Positions 32,284 through 38,803 of a stretch of DNA of 40,776 nucleotides are shown here, piece after piece; positions within the stretch are counted from its first letter, which is position 1; the number at the start of each line of letters is the position of its first letter. Source of the DNA: an uncultured Candidatus Saccharibacteria bacterium. Lineage in GTDB: Bacteria; Patescibacteriota; Minisyncoccia; CAIUEV01. The position numbers were made by a program, and so were the translations under genes. The notes below the pieces were generated by a model. The model did no database searches and was not told where the DNA came from. It saw only the letters and a list, made by a program, of their open reading frames with translations. The stretch is taken from the NCBI GenBank assembly GCA_964602125.1, contig CAZRPR010000001.1, positions 21,890 to 62,665 of the forward strand. The letters run 5' to 3'.

Positions 32284-32751
32284 ATGAAAATAAACAGAGT
32301 TATTTTTTTAGGGTTTTTTCTTTTTTTCCTTCTGTGCTCACTGTGCTTTGCAGAGGGCGAAGAAGCTGCTTCTCCAACCATAAAAACAGGGGAAGCGGGA
32401 ACCGGCATAGTCCCCCTCCTGCTGATAGACTATTCCAGAGAAGATCTTCTTAAGAAATTGCCTTTTGAAATTTTGATGGAGACGCAGATCTTGGCAACCT
32501 TTGAAAAACATGGTCGGGTTTGTCTTTACAGCTCAGCTCCATCAATCAAAACTATTTTCATGAACACTTTGAAGAGAAGCGAGAGCGATCCTCAAAAAAA
32601 GGAGCAGCTCTCCTTCGAAGATTTTCTTATTTTAAGAGTGCAAGGCATCGCCAATGACAAAAATGTCAATGACATGCACTGGTATTTTTTATTTGTCAGA
32701 AAATCTTTTCTAACTGATAAAAATATTAGCTTTGACAAAGAATCAAAATGA
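32284..32751 (+). CDS. Hypothetical secreted protein
   Basis: 155 aa with a signal peptide (FFLFFLLCSLCFA), a strong RBS and a downstream terminator. Confidence 0.6.
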   Translation: MKINRVIFLGFFLFFLLCSLCFAEGEEAASPTIKTGEAGTGIVPLLLIDYSREDLLKKLPFEILMETQILATFEKHGRVCLYSSAPSIKTIFMNTLKRSESDPQKKEQLSFEDFLILRVQGIANDKNVNDMHWYFLFVRKSFLTDKNISFDKESK

Positions 32752-32764
32752 ATCCTCCCCCAAA

Positions 32765-32800
32765 AGACCCTCGAATAATCGACGGTCTTTTTTCTTTTTT
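32765..32800 (+). terminator. Intrinsic terminator
   Basis: Hairpin agacc-c-tcga-ataa-tcga-c-ggtct followed by ttttttctttttt. Confidence 0.8.
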
Positions 32801-32844
32801 CGATTAGTTTTGCTAAACTGAAACAAAATATTTAAACAAAAAAA

Positions 32845-33153
32845 ATGAACAAAAAAATCGCAGTTATCATTGCTCTTCTCGCCATCGGTCTTTTGATTGT
32901 TCTTTTCTACTTAAAACAAAGTAGCCCCAAGACCGAAAGGGAAGTGCCGACCGTTAAACCGCCGGTCGCCGAAGAACAATTGTCTGCTCCAACTAGAAAT
33001 AAACCCGAAACGCCCAATCCTGCCGAAATCAAAAATCCGGAAAATATGGTTGGTAATGACCGTGACGAACACGGCTGTATCGGCTCCGCCGGCTACTCTT
33101 GGTGCGAAGCAAAAGGGAAGTGCCTCCGCCCATGGGAAGAGAAATGCGAATAG
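32845..33153 (+). CDS. Small membrane-anchored/secreted protein with Pro-rich linker and C-terminal 4-Cys module
   Basis: 102 aa with an N-terminal TM. C-terminus DEHGCIGSAGYSWCEAKGKCLRPWEEKC. Family not identified. Confidence 0.55.
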   Translation: MNKKIAVIIALLAIGLLIVLFYLKQSSPKTEREVPTVKPPVAEEQLSAPTRNKPETPNPAEIKNPENMVGNDRDEHGCIGSAGYSWCEAKGKCLRPWEEKCE

Positions 33154-33179
33154 AATCTAGCTAATTTTCCAAGATCTAT

Positions 33180-33221
33180 CCATAATTTATAATTCTCAAT
33201 CTATAATCTCCAATCTCTACA
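33180..33221. repeat. Heptad array (YYNYAAT)6
   Basis: ccataat ttataat tctcaat ctataat ctccaat ctctaca. The stop codon of the alkylation-repair gene (33217-33219) lies in the last unit. Confidence 0.8.
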
Positions 33222-33936
33222 TTTTTCCTCTCAAATACCTCTTCCTCTTCTCCTCCGAAAAACGTTCGATGGCGTAGCGGAGCATGGTGCGGGGCATTTG
33301 GCGGTAATATTTTTTGAGAAATTTTTCTTCCTCCCCTTCGCTAATTCGCTTGCCCACTTCTCGAAGCATCCAACCGACCGCTTTGTGAATTAGATCATGC
33401 TCATCTTTTAAAAGTGTTTTAGCAATGGCGAAAATGTCCTTGCTCTCTCCTTGCCGGATAAACTCAAAAGTGGCCAACACCGCAATGCGTCTCTCCCAAA
33501 GATTGTGCGACACTGCTAATTTATATAGCACTTTTCTTTCCAAAGCCTTTTTGCCACTCAAGTATTTACCGACAATATTCGGTGCGGAAAGATCAACCAA
33601 ATCCCAGTTATTAATTCGCTTGGCGTTTTTTAGATAAAATTTAAAAATTTCTTTTTGTCTTTTTTCATCGGCTTTCTCAAATTGAGCAATAAGCACGAAC
33701 AGGGAGCACAGTCGATACTCATGAATTTCACTTTGCAAAAGTGTTTCTAAATCTTGGAACGTCAAACTGAAGTACTTCTTCGCCACTTGGCGCTGGATGG
33801 GGACTTTAACCCCTAAAAAAATATCGCCTTCACCGTACTGACCTTTGCCAGTCTTAAAAAACCCTTGCAAAACTTGGGCTTGTTTCTTGTCAGCTAGTGT
33901 GCATAGCTCTTTTTTTAATTTTAAAATATTTTCCAT
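33217..33936 (-). CDS. DNA alkylation repair protein (AlkD/AlkC-like HEAT-repeat glycosylase family)
   Basis: 239 aa. FFKTGKGQYGEGD.FLGV..P, NNWDLVD, LWERRIA and HDLI.KAVGWMLRE are typical of the DNA_alkylation family. Confidence 0.8.
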   Translation of the reverse strand: MENILKLKKELCTLADKKQAQVLQGFFKTGKGQYGEGDIFLGVKVPIQRQVAKKYFSLTFQDLETLLQSEIHEYRLCSLFVLIAQFEKADEKRQKEIFKFYLKNAKRINNWDLVDLSAPNIVGKYLSGKKALERKVLYKLAVSHNLWERRIAVLATFEFIRQGESKDIFAIAKTLLKDEHDLIHKAVGWMLREVGKRISEGEEEKFLKKYYRQMPRTMLRYAIERFSEEKRKRYLRGKM

Positions 33937-33941
33937 CTTTG

Positions 33942-34015
33942 TCGGGGTACTGGGACTCGAACCCAGAACCTCCTGCTCCCAAAGCAGGCGCCCTAACCAA
34001 TTAGGCCATACCCCG
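33942..34015 (-). tRNA. tRNA-Pro (anticodon TGG)
   Basis: CGGGGTA-TG-GCCT-AATTGGTTA-GGGC-G-CCTGC-TTTGGGA-GCAGG-AGGTT-CTGGG-TTCGAGT-CCCAG-TACCCCG-A. 74 nt, no CCA. Confidence 0.9.
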
Positions 34016-34039
34016 TTTACGAAATTTTAAAGATTGGTT

Positions 34040-34104
34040 TCCTGCTCCCAAAGCAGGCGCCCCCTGCCTACCGGCAGGCAGGTAACCAATTAGGCCATAC
34101 CCCG
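34040..34104 (-). pseudogene. 3'-truncated duplicate of tRNA-Pro(TGG) with the 20-nt palindrome in its D-loop
   Basis: The minus-strand reading is CGGGGTATGGCCTAATTGGTTA + CCTGCCTGCCGGTAGGCAGG + GGGCGCCTGCTTTGGGAGCAGGA. The 22 + 23 nt are identical to the intact gene 24 nt downstream. The T-arm and 3' acceptor strand are absent. Confidence 0.85.
34063..34082. repeat. 20-nt palindrome copy
   Basis: cctgcctaccggcaggcagg on the plus strand, between D-loop GGTTA and the 3' D-stem GGGC of the Pro fragment. Confidence 0.95.
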
Positions 34105-34132
34105 TCAACCGTTTTTAACACAGTAAAAACGA

Positions 34133-34162
34133 TTAGACAATCTTTGCTTTGTTTGCTATAAT
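34133..34162 (+). promoter_or_regulatory. Candidate promoter of the oxidative-stress cluster
   Basis: TTAGAC (34133-34138), 18-nt spacer, TATAAT (34157-34162). Located 30 nt upstream of the dfx ATG. Confidence 0.5.
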
Positions 34163-34191
34163 TTAAACAGAATAATCCTTAAAATAAAACT

Positions 34192-34569
34192 ATGACTGAG
34201 AATAAACAAGTTTATAAATGTGAACTTTGCGGAAACATCGTCGAAGTGCTACACACGGGACAAGGAGAGCTGGTCTGCTGTGGCAAACCGATGGTCCTCC
34301 AAGTCGAAAAAAGAGAAGAGGAAGGTTTCAATGAAAAGCATCAACCTGTCATTGAGCAGACCGAGACCGGATCAAAAGTCAAGTTAGGATCTATTCCTCA
34401 CCCCATGGAAGAAGCCCACTACATTGAATGGGTGGAAATAGAGACTGCCGACGGTAAGTTTTGCCGAAAAAATCTAGTGGCTGGAGAAACACCCGAAGTC
34501 GATTTCATGGCGAAAGATGTTGTTTCTGCCAGAGCCTACTGTAATGTCCACGGTCTTTGGAAAAAATAA
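34192..34569 (+). CDS. dfx: Desulfoferrodoxin (2Fe superoxide reductase)
   Basis: 125 aa. N-terminal desulforedoxin CxxC..CC ([17 protein letters not shown]) plus a neelaredoxin domain (KH.PVIE, HPM...HYIEW and the C-terminal C..HG.W). Confidence 0.92.
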   Translation: MTENKQVYKCELCGNIVEVLHTGQGELVCCGKPMVLQVEKREEEGFNEKHQPVIEQTETGSKVKLGSIPHPMEEAHYIEWVEIETADGKFCRKNLVAGETPEVDFMAKDVVSARAYCNVHGLWKK

Positions 34570-34586
34570 TTTTTTAATCCCTTAAC

Positions 34587-34835
34587 ATGAAAAAAAGTAT
34601 TTTAATCATTGCCGTTGGCAAACGTCGAGATGTGGCCGTAGAAATTCAAAAAATCTTAACGGCCGGTGGCTGTTGCATTAAAACCAGACTGGGCATACAC
34701 GATGGAGTAGGTGATCAGTGCTCCGAAGAAGGCTTAATCATTTTGGAGTTGGTAGGCGAGAGCAAAGACAAAAAAGCTTTAGCTAAAAAATTAGACGCCC
34801 TCTACGCGGTTCGCACCAAGCTGGTGGAAATGTAG
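34587..34835 (+). CDS. TM1266-like small ACT-fold protein (family annotated as putative iron-only hydrogenase system regulator)
   Basis: 82 aa. Pattern ILIIAV..R..A..EI.KIL......I..RLG......EGLIILEL.G......L.KKL..L..V..K.V recalled from the TM1266 family. Assignment from memory only. Confidence 0.45.
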   Translation: MKKSILIIAVGKRRDVAVEIQKILTAGGCCIKTRLGIHDGVGDQCSEEGLIILELVGESKDKKALAKKLDALYAVRTKLVEM

Positions 34836-34851
34836 GGTTTAAAATAAAATT

Positions 34852-35586
34852 ATGCCAAAAGAAAAGTTAGAAAGAAAACTTAACTTGAAATCATCTGCCA
34901 TGAGCAGCAAAGTGGCTTATCTTGTTATTTTTCTTTCCCTGTTAATATCTCTATTAGCTATTCAGTATTATTTTAGTTTAATAAATTCGGAAGAAAAATT
35001 ATTATTCTCTAGATTTCCCATTCTTATAGGCCACAGAGCTGAGACTCTCTTGGAAAAAGGAGAAAAAGTGGAAAAAGTTGAAGGCATGAGTGATTCTTTT
35101 GTTTTATCATACCCTCAAGGAAAAAAAGTAAATGTATACAAGGAAGAAATTCCAAAAGAAAAAATTATTAACGATGGACAGCTCGAAATAAAAACAGATA
35201 AAGAATCTTATTTAAAAGGAGAGCAAGTACATTTCGAGATAAAAGCAAAACCTGAGCTATTCGATGTCGACAATAATTGTTATGTAACCGTTGAGCGTTT
35301 CAAAAAATTCATTAAAGGAACTTGGTTTGTTCTTGTAGAACAAAATCACCGCTGTTGTGGGCTTTGTCAACTACAATCTATGGGTGAGGGAAAAAATATC
35401 TCAGATTTTTTTAAAAATTCTTATTCAATAACTAAAAATTGGGAACAGCTTGTAGTTCAATGTAACGATTCCTCTGGGGTAGCAGAAGAAATAAAAGTCG
35501 AACCGGGTAGATACGCTAAATTCATGGAAATTGATTGTTCTAATGATAAAAGATATTATTACTACAAAGAGTTTTCTATACAATAA
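34852..35586 (+). CDS. Hypothetical membrane-anchored protein
   Basis: 244 aa with one TM near the N-terminus and a Cys-containing C-terminal domain. No family recognised. Confidence 0.5.
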   Translation: MPKEKLERKLNLKSSAMSSKVAYLVIFLSLLISLLAIQYYFSLINSEEKLLFSRFPILIGHRAETLLEKGEKVEKVEGMSDSFVLSYPQGKKVNVYKEEIPKEKIINDGQLEIKTDKESYLKGEQVHFEIKAKPELFDVDNNCYVTVERFKKFIKGTWFVLVEQNHRCCGLCQLQSMGEGKNISDFFKNSYSITKNWEQLVVQCNDSSGVAEEIKVEPGRYAKFMEIDCSNDKRYYYYKEFSIQ

Positions 35587-35604
35587 TCACTAACTTAAAA
35601 ATCT

Positions 35605-36177
35605 ATGTCTATCAAAAACACTCAGACTGAAAAAAACTTGTTGACCGCCTTTGCCGGTGAGTCGCAGGCCCGTAATCGCTACACTTACTTTGCTGGCGCG
35701 GCCAAAAAGGAAGGCTACGAGCAAATTTCCGCTGTTTTCGTCGAAACTGCCGACAATGAAAAGGAGCACGCCAAGAGAATCTTTAAGTTTCTCGAAGGTG
35801 GAGAAGTGGAAATTCAAGCTTCTTTCCCGGCAGGTGTTATCGGAGATACCGCTTCCAACTTGAAAGCTTCCGCCGATGGAGAGCACCACGAGCATGAAAT
35901 TATGTACCCAGAATTTGCCGCCAAAGCCGAGGAGGAGGGACTCCCACAAATTGCCCAGGTCTTTAAAAGCATCGCCGAAGCGGAGGTCGGTCATGAAGAA
36001 AGATTTCTTGGACTGCTTAAAAACATAGAAGAAGGAAAAGTCTTCAAAAAAGAGGCTCCCGCCACTTGGAGATGTCGCAACTGCGGATATACTCATGAGG
36101 GAACTGAAGCTCCCAATGAATGTCCCGCCTGCGCCCACCCGCAAGCTTATTTTGAAATGATTTGTAAAAACTGGTAA
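35605..36177 (+). CDS. rbr: Rubrerythrin
   Basis: 190 aa. Ferritin-like diiron motifs (GESQARNRY, EKEHA, E..H.....) plus the C-terminal rubredoxin WRCRNCGY..CPACAHP. Confidence 0.93.
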   Translation: MSIKNTQTEKNLLTAFAGESQARNRYTYFAGAAKKEGYEQISAVFVETADNEKEHAKRIFKFLEGGEVEIQASFPAGVIGDTASNLKASADGEHHEHEIMYPEFAAKAEEEGLPQIAQVFKSIAEAEVGHEERFLGLLKNIEEGKVFKKEAPATWRCRNCGYTHEGTEAPNECPACAHPQAYFEMICKNW

Positions 36178-36251
36178 AATTTACCGGCATCGATTGGGCT
36201 TTATAAATAATTTTTTAGTCTAAAAGATGATTAGGAAGGGAGGTGATAAAA

Positions 36252-36470
36252 ATGGAAGAAGATAAAAAAAATAAAACCGATTGGCCAGGATGGATTACTT
36301 TTGTTTTGGTTATTATTGGAGGTTTGAATTGGGGCTTGATTGGCTTGGTTAATCTCGACCTAGTAGCCACCCTTTTCGGTGAAGGCGCTTTACTTTCCAG
36401 AATTGTTTATTCGCTAGTCGGTCTCTCTGCAATTTATTTATTGCTATTACCCCCAAAGATCGGCAAGTAG
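36252..36470 (+). CDS. DUF378 small membrane protein
   Basis: ATG at 36252 with a GGGAGG RBS 8 nt upstream. Pattern ..GGLNWGLIGL...DLVA.LFG......R.VY.LVGLSA.Y. Confidence 0.75.
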   Translation: MEEDKKNKTDWPGWITFVLVIIGGLNWGLIGLVNLDLVATLFGEGALLSRIVYSLVGLSAIYLLLLPPKIGK

Positions 36471-36474
36471 CAAA

Positions 36475-36561
36475 GAAATTAGGAATTATAAATTATAAAT
36501 TATAGACTTGCCTGACGGTTTACCTCCCGTTAGGGATGGTAGCCAGGTTATAGATTATGGA
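36475..36561. repeat. Composite: AT-rich heptads (GAAATTA GGAATTA TAAATTA TAAATTA) flanking a GC-rich imperfect hairpin
   Basis: Heptads read directly. The centre 36511-36547, cctgacggtttacctcccgttagggatggtagccagg, folds as CCTG..TACC-TCCC-gtta-GGGA-GGTA..CAGG. This is the same layout as the palindrome-in-array at 38676-38796. Confidence 0.6.
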
Positions 36562-36598
36562 CGATTTAAAAACCGTCTAGATTTTTGATTGTTTATTT

Positions 36599-37153
36599 AT
36601 GGCTGAAGAAGTAGTTTCTCTTAAAGGCAGGCAGTTTGTCTGCAAAATCAGAAAAAACCGTTTGGCTAAAAGCCTTCGGCTGAGTGTCTCCGCCCGAAAC
36701 GATATTCGAGTAACTATTCCTTACTATTCAAGTTTTAAAGCTGCCAAAGCTTTTCTCCAAAAAAATATCGCATGGCTGGAAGATCAAATTAAGGAAGACT
36801 TGCCTAATTCAGAAGAAAGAAATTTAGAATATAAAAAATTTAAAAAAAACGCTTTAAAAATAATTACTGAAAGAGTGCTAGAAATCAATAAATTCTATCA
36901 ATTACCCTTCAAGAAAATTTCTATTCGCAATCAAACCTCTCGCTGGGGAAGCTGTTCCTCGAACGGTACCCTGAGTTTTAATTACAAGATCGCTCTCCTC
37001 CCTAGAAAATATACTGATTACGTTATTGCCCATGAACTTTGTCACCTAAGAGAAATGAATCATTCAGAAAGATTCTGGAATTTAGTAGCTGAAAAAGTTC
37101 CTGATTACAAAGCGATAAGAAAAGAAATAAAAAAAATTGCCCAAATTCAATAA
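36599..37153 (+). CDS. YgjP/DUF45-like M48-family zinc metallohydrolase
   Basis: 184 aa. C-terminal SRWGSCS...G.L.FN..L...P....DYVI.HELCHL.E.NHS..FW (HExxH). Confidence 0.75.
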   Translation: MAEEVVSLKGRQFVCKIRKNRLAKSLRLSVSARNDIRVTIPYYSSFKAAKAFLQKNIAWLEDQIKEDLPNSEERNLEYKKFKKNALKIITERVLEINKFYQLPFKKISIRNQTSRWGSCSSNGTLSFNYKIALLPRKYTDYVIAHELCHLREMNHSERFWNLVAEKVPDYKAIRKEIKKIAQIQ

Positions 37154-37244
37154 AAAGACTGAATTTCTCTTGACAAATCGTTTATTTACTATAGTCTCTG
37201 CACTATTCAAGCTCTTTAAATAAACTAGATTGAGGAGGGTTATA

Positions 37245-37718
37245 ATGGCGAGAAAAAGAATCGTTGACAACGGAAAGATTATCTTCATGAACAAACTTCA
37301 AAACGAACCGCCCCTAGGGTTTGAGACTTGTTTGGAAAAGAGCACCAGCTGTGCTCTAAGTGTTGAAAAGGACGAAAAAGGATTTCTAAGACTAACCTTG
37401 ACCTTTAAGGATAGTGTGAAAAATTTCAATTTTGTCGTCCCCATGGAAAGCGAAGGGAAAGAAAATTTTTCTTTCGAATACGGGATAGTTAGGTTTCCCT
37501 CCGGTGAAGGTTTGTACATCGGAGCAAGCGCAAAGAATGGTTTGGCTGAGAAGATTCGAAAGCACACTAAGGTAGCTTTCGATTACAAGGCCGTACAGGG
37601 AGAGGTTTGGATAAGGCTAAAATCCAAACATAGCGGAACGAACCTAGCTACCGCTCGCGTTTCCCTCAAAGATCTTTATAAAGTTATCAAGATAAAGAAT
37701 TGGGAGGAAGACAGATGA
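37245..37718 (+). CDS. Hypothetical protein
   Basis: ATG at 37245 with a GAGGAGGG RBS. 157 aa, no family recognised. Confidence 0.55.
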   Translation: MARKRIVDNGKIIFMNKLQNEPPLGFETCLEKSTSCALSVEKDEKGFLRLTLTFKDSVKNFNFVVPMESEGKENFSFEYGIVRFPSGEGLYIGASAKNGLAEKIRKHTKVAFDYKAVQGEVWIRLKSKHSGTNLATARVSLKDLYKVIKIKNWEEDR

Positions 37719-37936
37719 GCCAAAAAGAAATTAGCCCCTTTGATATAGATGAATATCTACTCGAAGAGGATCGGAAAGAGGAAAGTGCCGATTGGGAATG
37801 GCTTCTGTTCAAAATAGAAAATCACCTTCCAGAAGAAGACGATGAGCAGGCACGAGAAAAGTGGGAAAGATTACTCGAAAGAGAGAGGGTCTGGGGCGCT
37901 TCTATTTTGCCTGATTTCGATTTTTTCAATCAATAA
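37715..37936 (+). CDS. Small acidic hypothetical protein, translationally coupled (ATGA overlap)
   Basis: ATG at 37715 with a GGGAGG RBS 7 nt upstream. It overlaps the stop codon of the preceding ORF and a strong terminator follows. Confidence 0.55.
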   Translation: MSQKEISPFDIDEYLLEEDRKEESADWEWLLFKIENHLPEEDDEQAREKWERLLERERVWGASILPDFDFFNQ

Positions 37937-37948
37937 ATGATTAATTCA

Positions 37949-37982
37949 AGCGGAAAAACACATTGTTTTTCCGCTTTTTTTT
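37949..37982 (+). terminator. Intrinsic terminator
   Basis: A perfect 11-12 bp stem agcggaaaaaca/tgtttttccgct with loop cat, followed by tttttttt. Confidence 0.9.
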
Positions 37983-38066
37983 GACAAAAAAATTTTTAAA
38001 CCGCCTAATCAGAACAGTTTTTGTTCTTCAGCTCTTTAAAGTACCCATTACAAGGAGGGGTCTAAA

Positions 38067-38609
38067 ATGGGAAATATTATTTTTTTGAAGGAAAAGAGGA
38101 ACGAGAAGGAAAACCGAGTCAGAAGTTTAACGGAATTTTTGGAGGAATTTTCCAAAGAAAAGAAAAAGGCAATTTTCACTCAATTTAAAAACAAGGAAAC
38201 CTTCACCATCTCTGAATTTAAAAAATTCCTAGAAGTGAGAATTTCTGACAAGATTATTGAGCAGAAAAGACTGGAAAGAGAAACTTTTCTTTGTTCCAAT
38301 TACGTCGCCAGCCTGCTAGCCAGCATGCTACATCCCGAAAAGATTGAAACTTGGTCGGGAGTGGAACACTTGATTGAATACGAGAAGAAAAAGGACAGTG
38401 AAACCCTCAAGAAAGGAGCTGATGTTTGTTTTTTCTTTTACACTTTCTTTCTCGATCAAAATATCCCTCAGCTAAAGCTAAGCGAGGATATCGGTATTCG
38501 ACTTTATTTTCTACTTCATCGAGTTACCGGTCAAACCATCGCCTTAAGTATGGGAAAAAATTTTCCTTTCATGGGAAAAATCGCTCATTATTCCCTGAAA
38601 AATTTCTAA
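38067..38609 (+). CDS. Hypothetical protein
   Basis: 180 aa with an AAGGAGGGG RBS and a downstream terminator. No family recognised. Confidence 0.55.
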   Translation: MGNIIFLKEKRNEKENRVRSLTEFLEEFSKEKKKAIFTQFKNKETFTISEFKKFLEVRISDKIIEQKRLERETFLCSNYVASLLASMLHPEKIETWSGVEHLIEYEKKKDSETLKKGADVCFFFYTFFLDQNIPQLKLSEDIGIRLYFLLHRVTGQTIALSMGKNFPFMGKIAHYSLKNF

Positions 38610-38617
38610 TCACCTAA

Positions 38618-38648
38618 AAGTTCGGATCAATTCCGGACTTTTTTCTTT
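38618..38648 (+). terminator. Intrinsic terminator
   Basis: Stem aagttcgga/tccggactt (one G-U) with loop tcaat, followed by ttttttctttt. Confidence 0.75.
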
Positions 38649-38675
38649 TAAATTTCTGTGAGACCATCCAATTAG

Positions 38676-38796
38676 CCCCTTTTCCTTGTCCCTTGTACCT
38701 TGTTCCTCCAATAATTTATAACCTGCCTACCGGCAGGCAGGCTTTCCCCTTGTTCCTCCATAATTTATAATCTCTAATTTATAATTTCTAATCTCC
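38676..38796. repeat. Composite heptad arrays (NCCTTGT then TAATTTA/TAATCTC types) interrupted by the 20-nt palindrome
   Basis: tccttgt cccttgt accttgt tcctcca ataattt ataa | palindrome | ctttcc ccttgt tcctcca taattta taatctc taattta taatttc taatctc. Confidence 0.85.
38722..38741. repeat. 20-nt palindrome copy
   Basis: cctgcctaccggcaggcagg. It is flanked by a 23/24-nt direct duplication ccttgttcctcca(a)taatttataa (38698-38721 and 38748-38770). Confidence 0.95.
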
Positions 38797-38803
38797 GTAT
38801 CCC

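Noticed and set aside
35590-36144. 184-aa minus-strand ORF
   Set aside because: It is entirely antisense to rubrerythrin, which has unambiguous diiron and rubredoxin motifs.
37170-37195. TTGACA boxes at 37170 and 37981 as complete promoters
   Set aside because: The -35-like hexamers are good, but the best -10 candidates sit at 14-nt and 19-nt spacing. They are reported only as part of the shared leader-motif observation.
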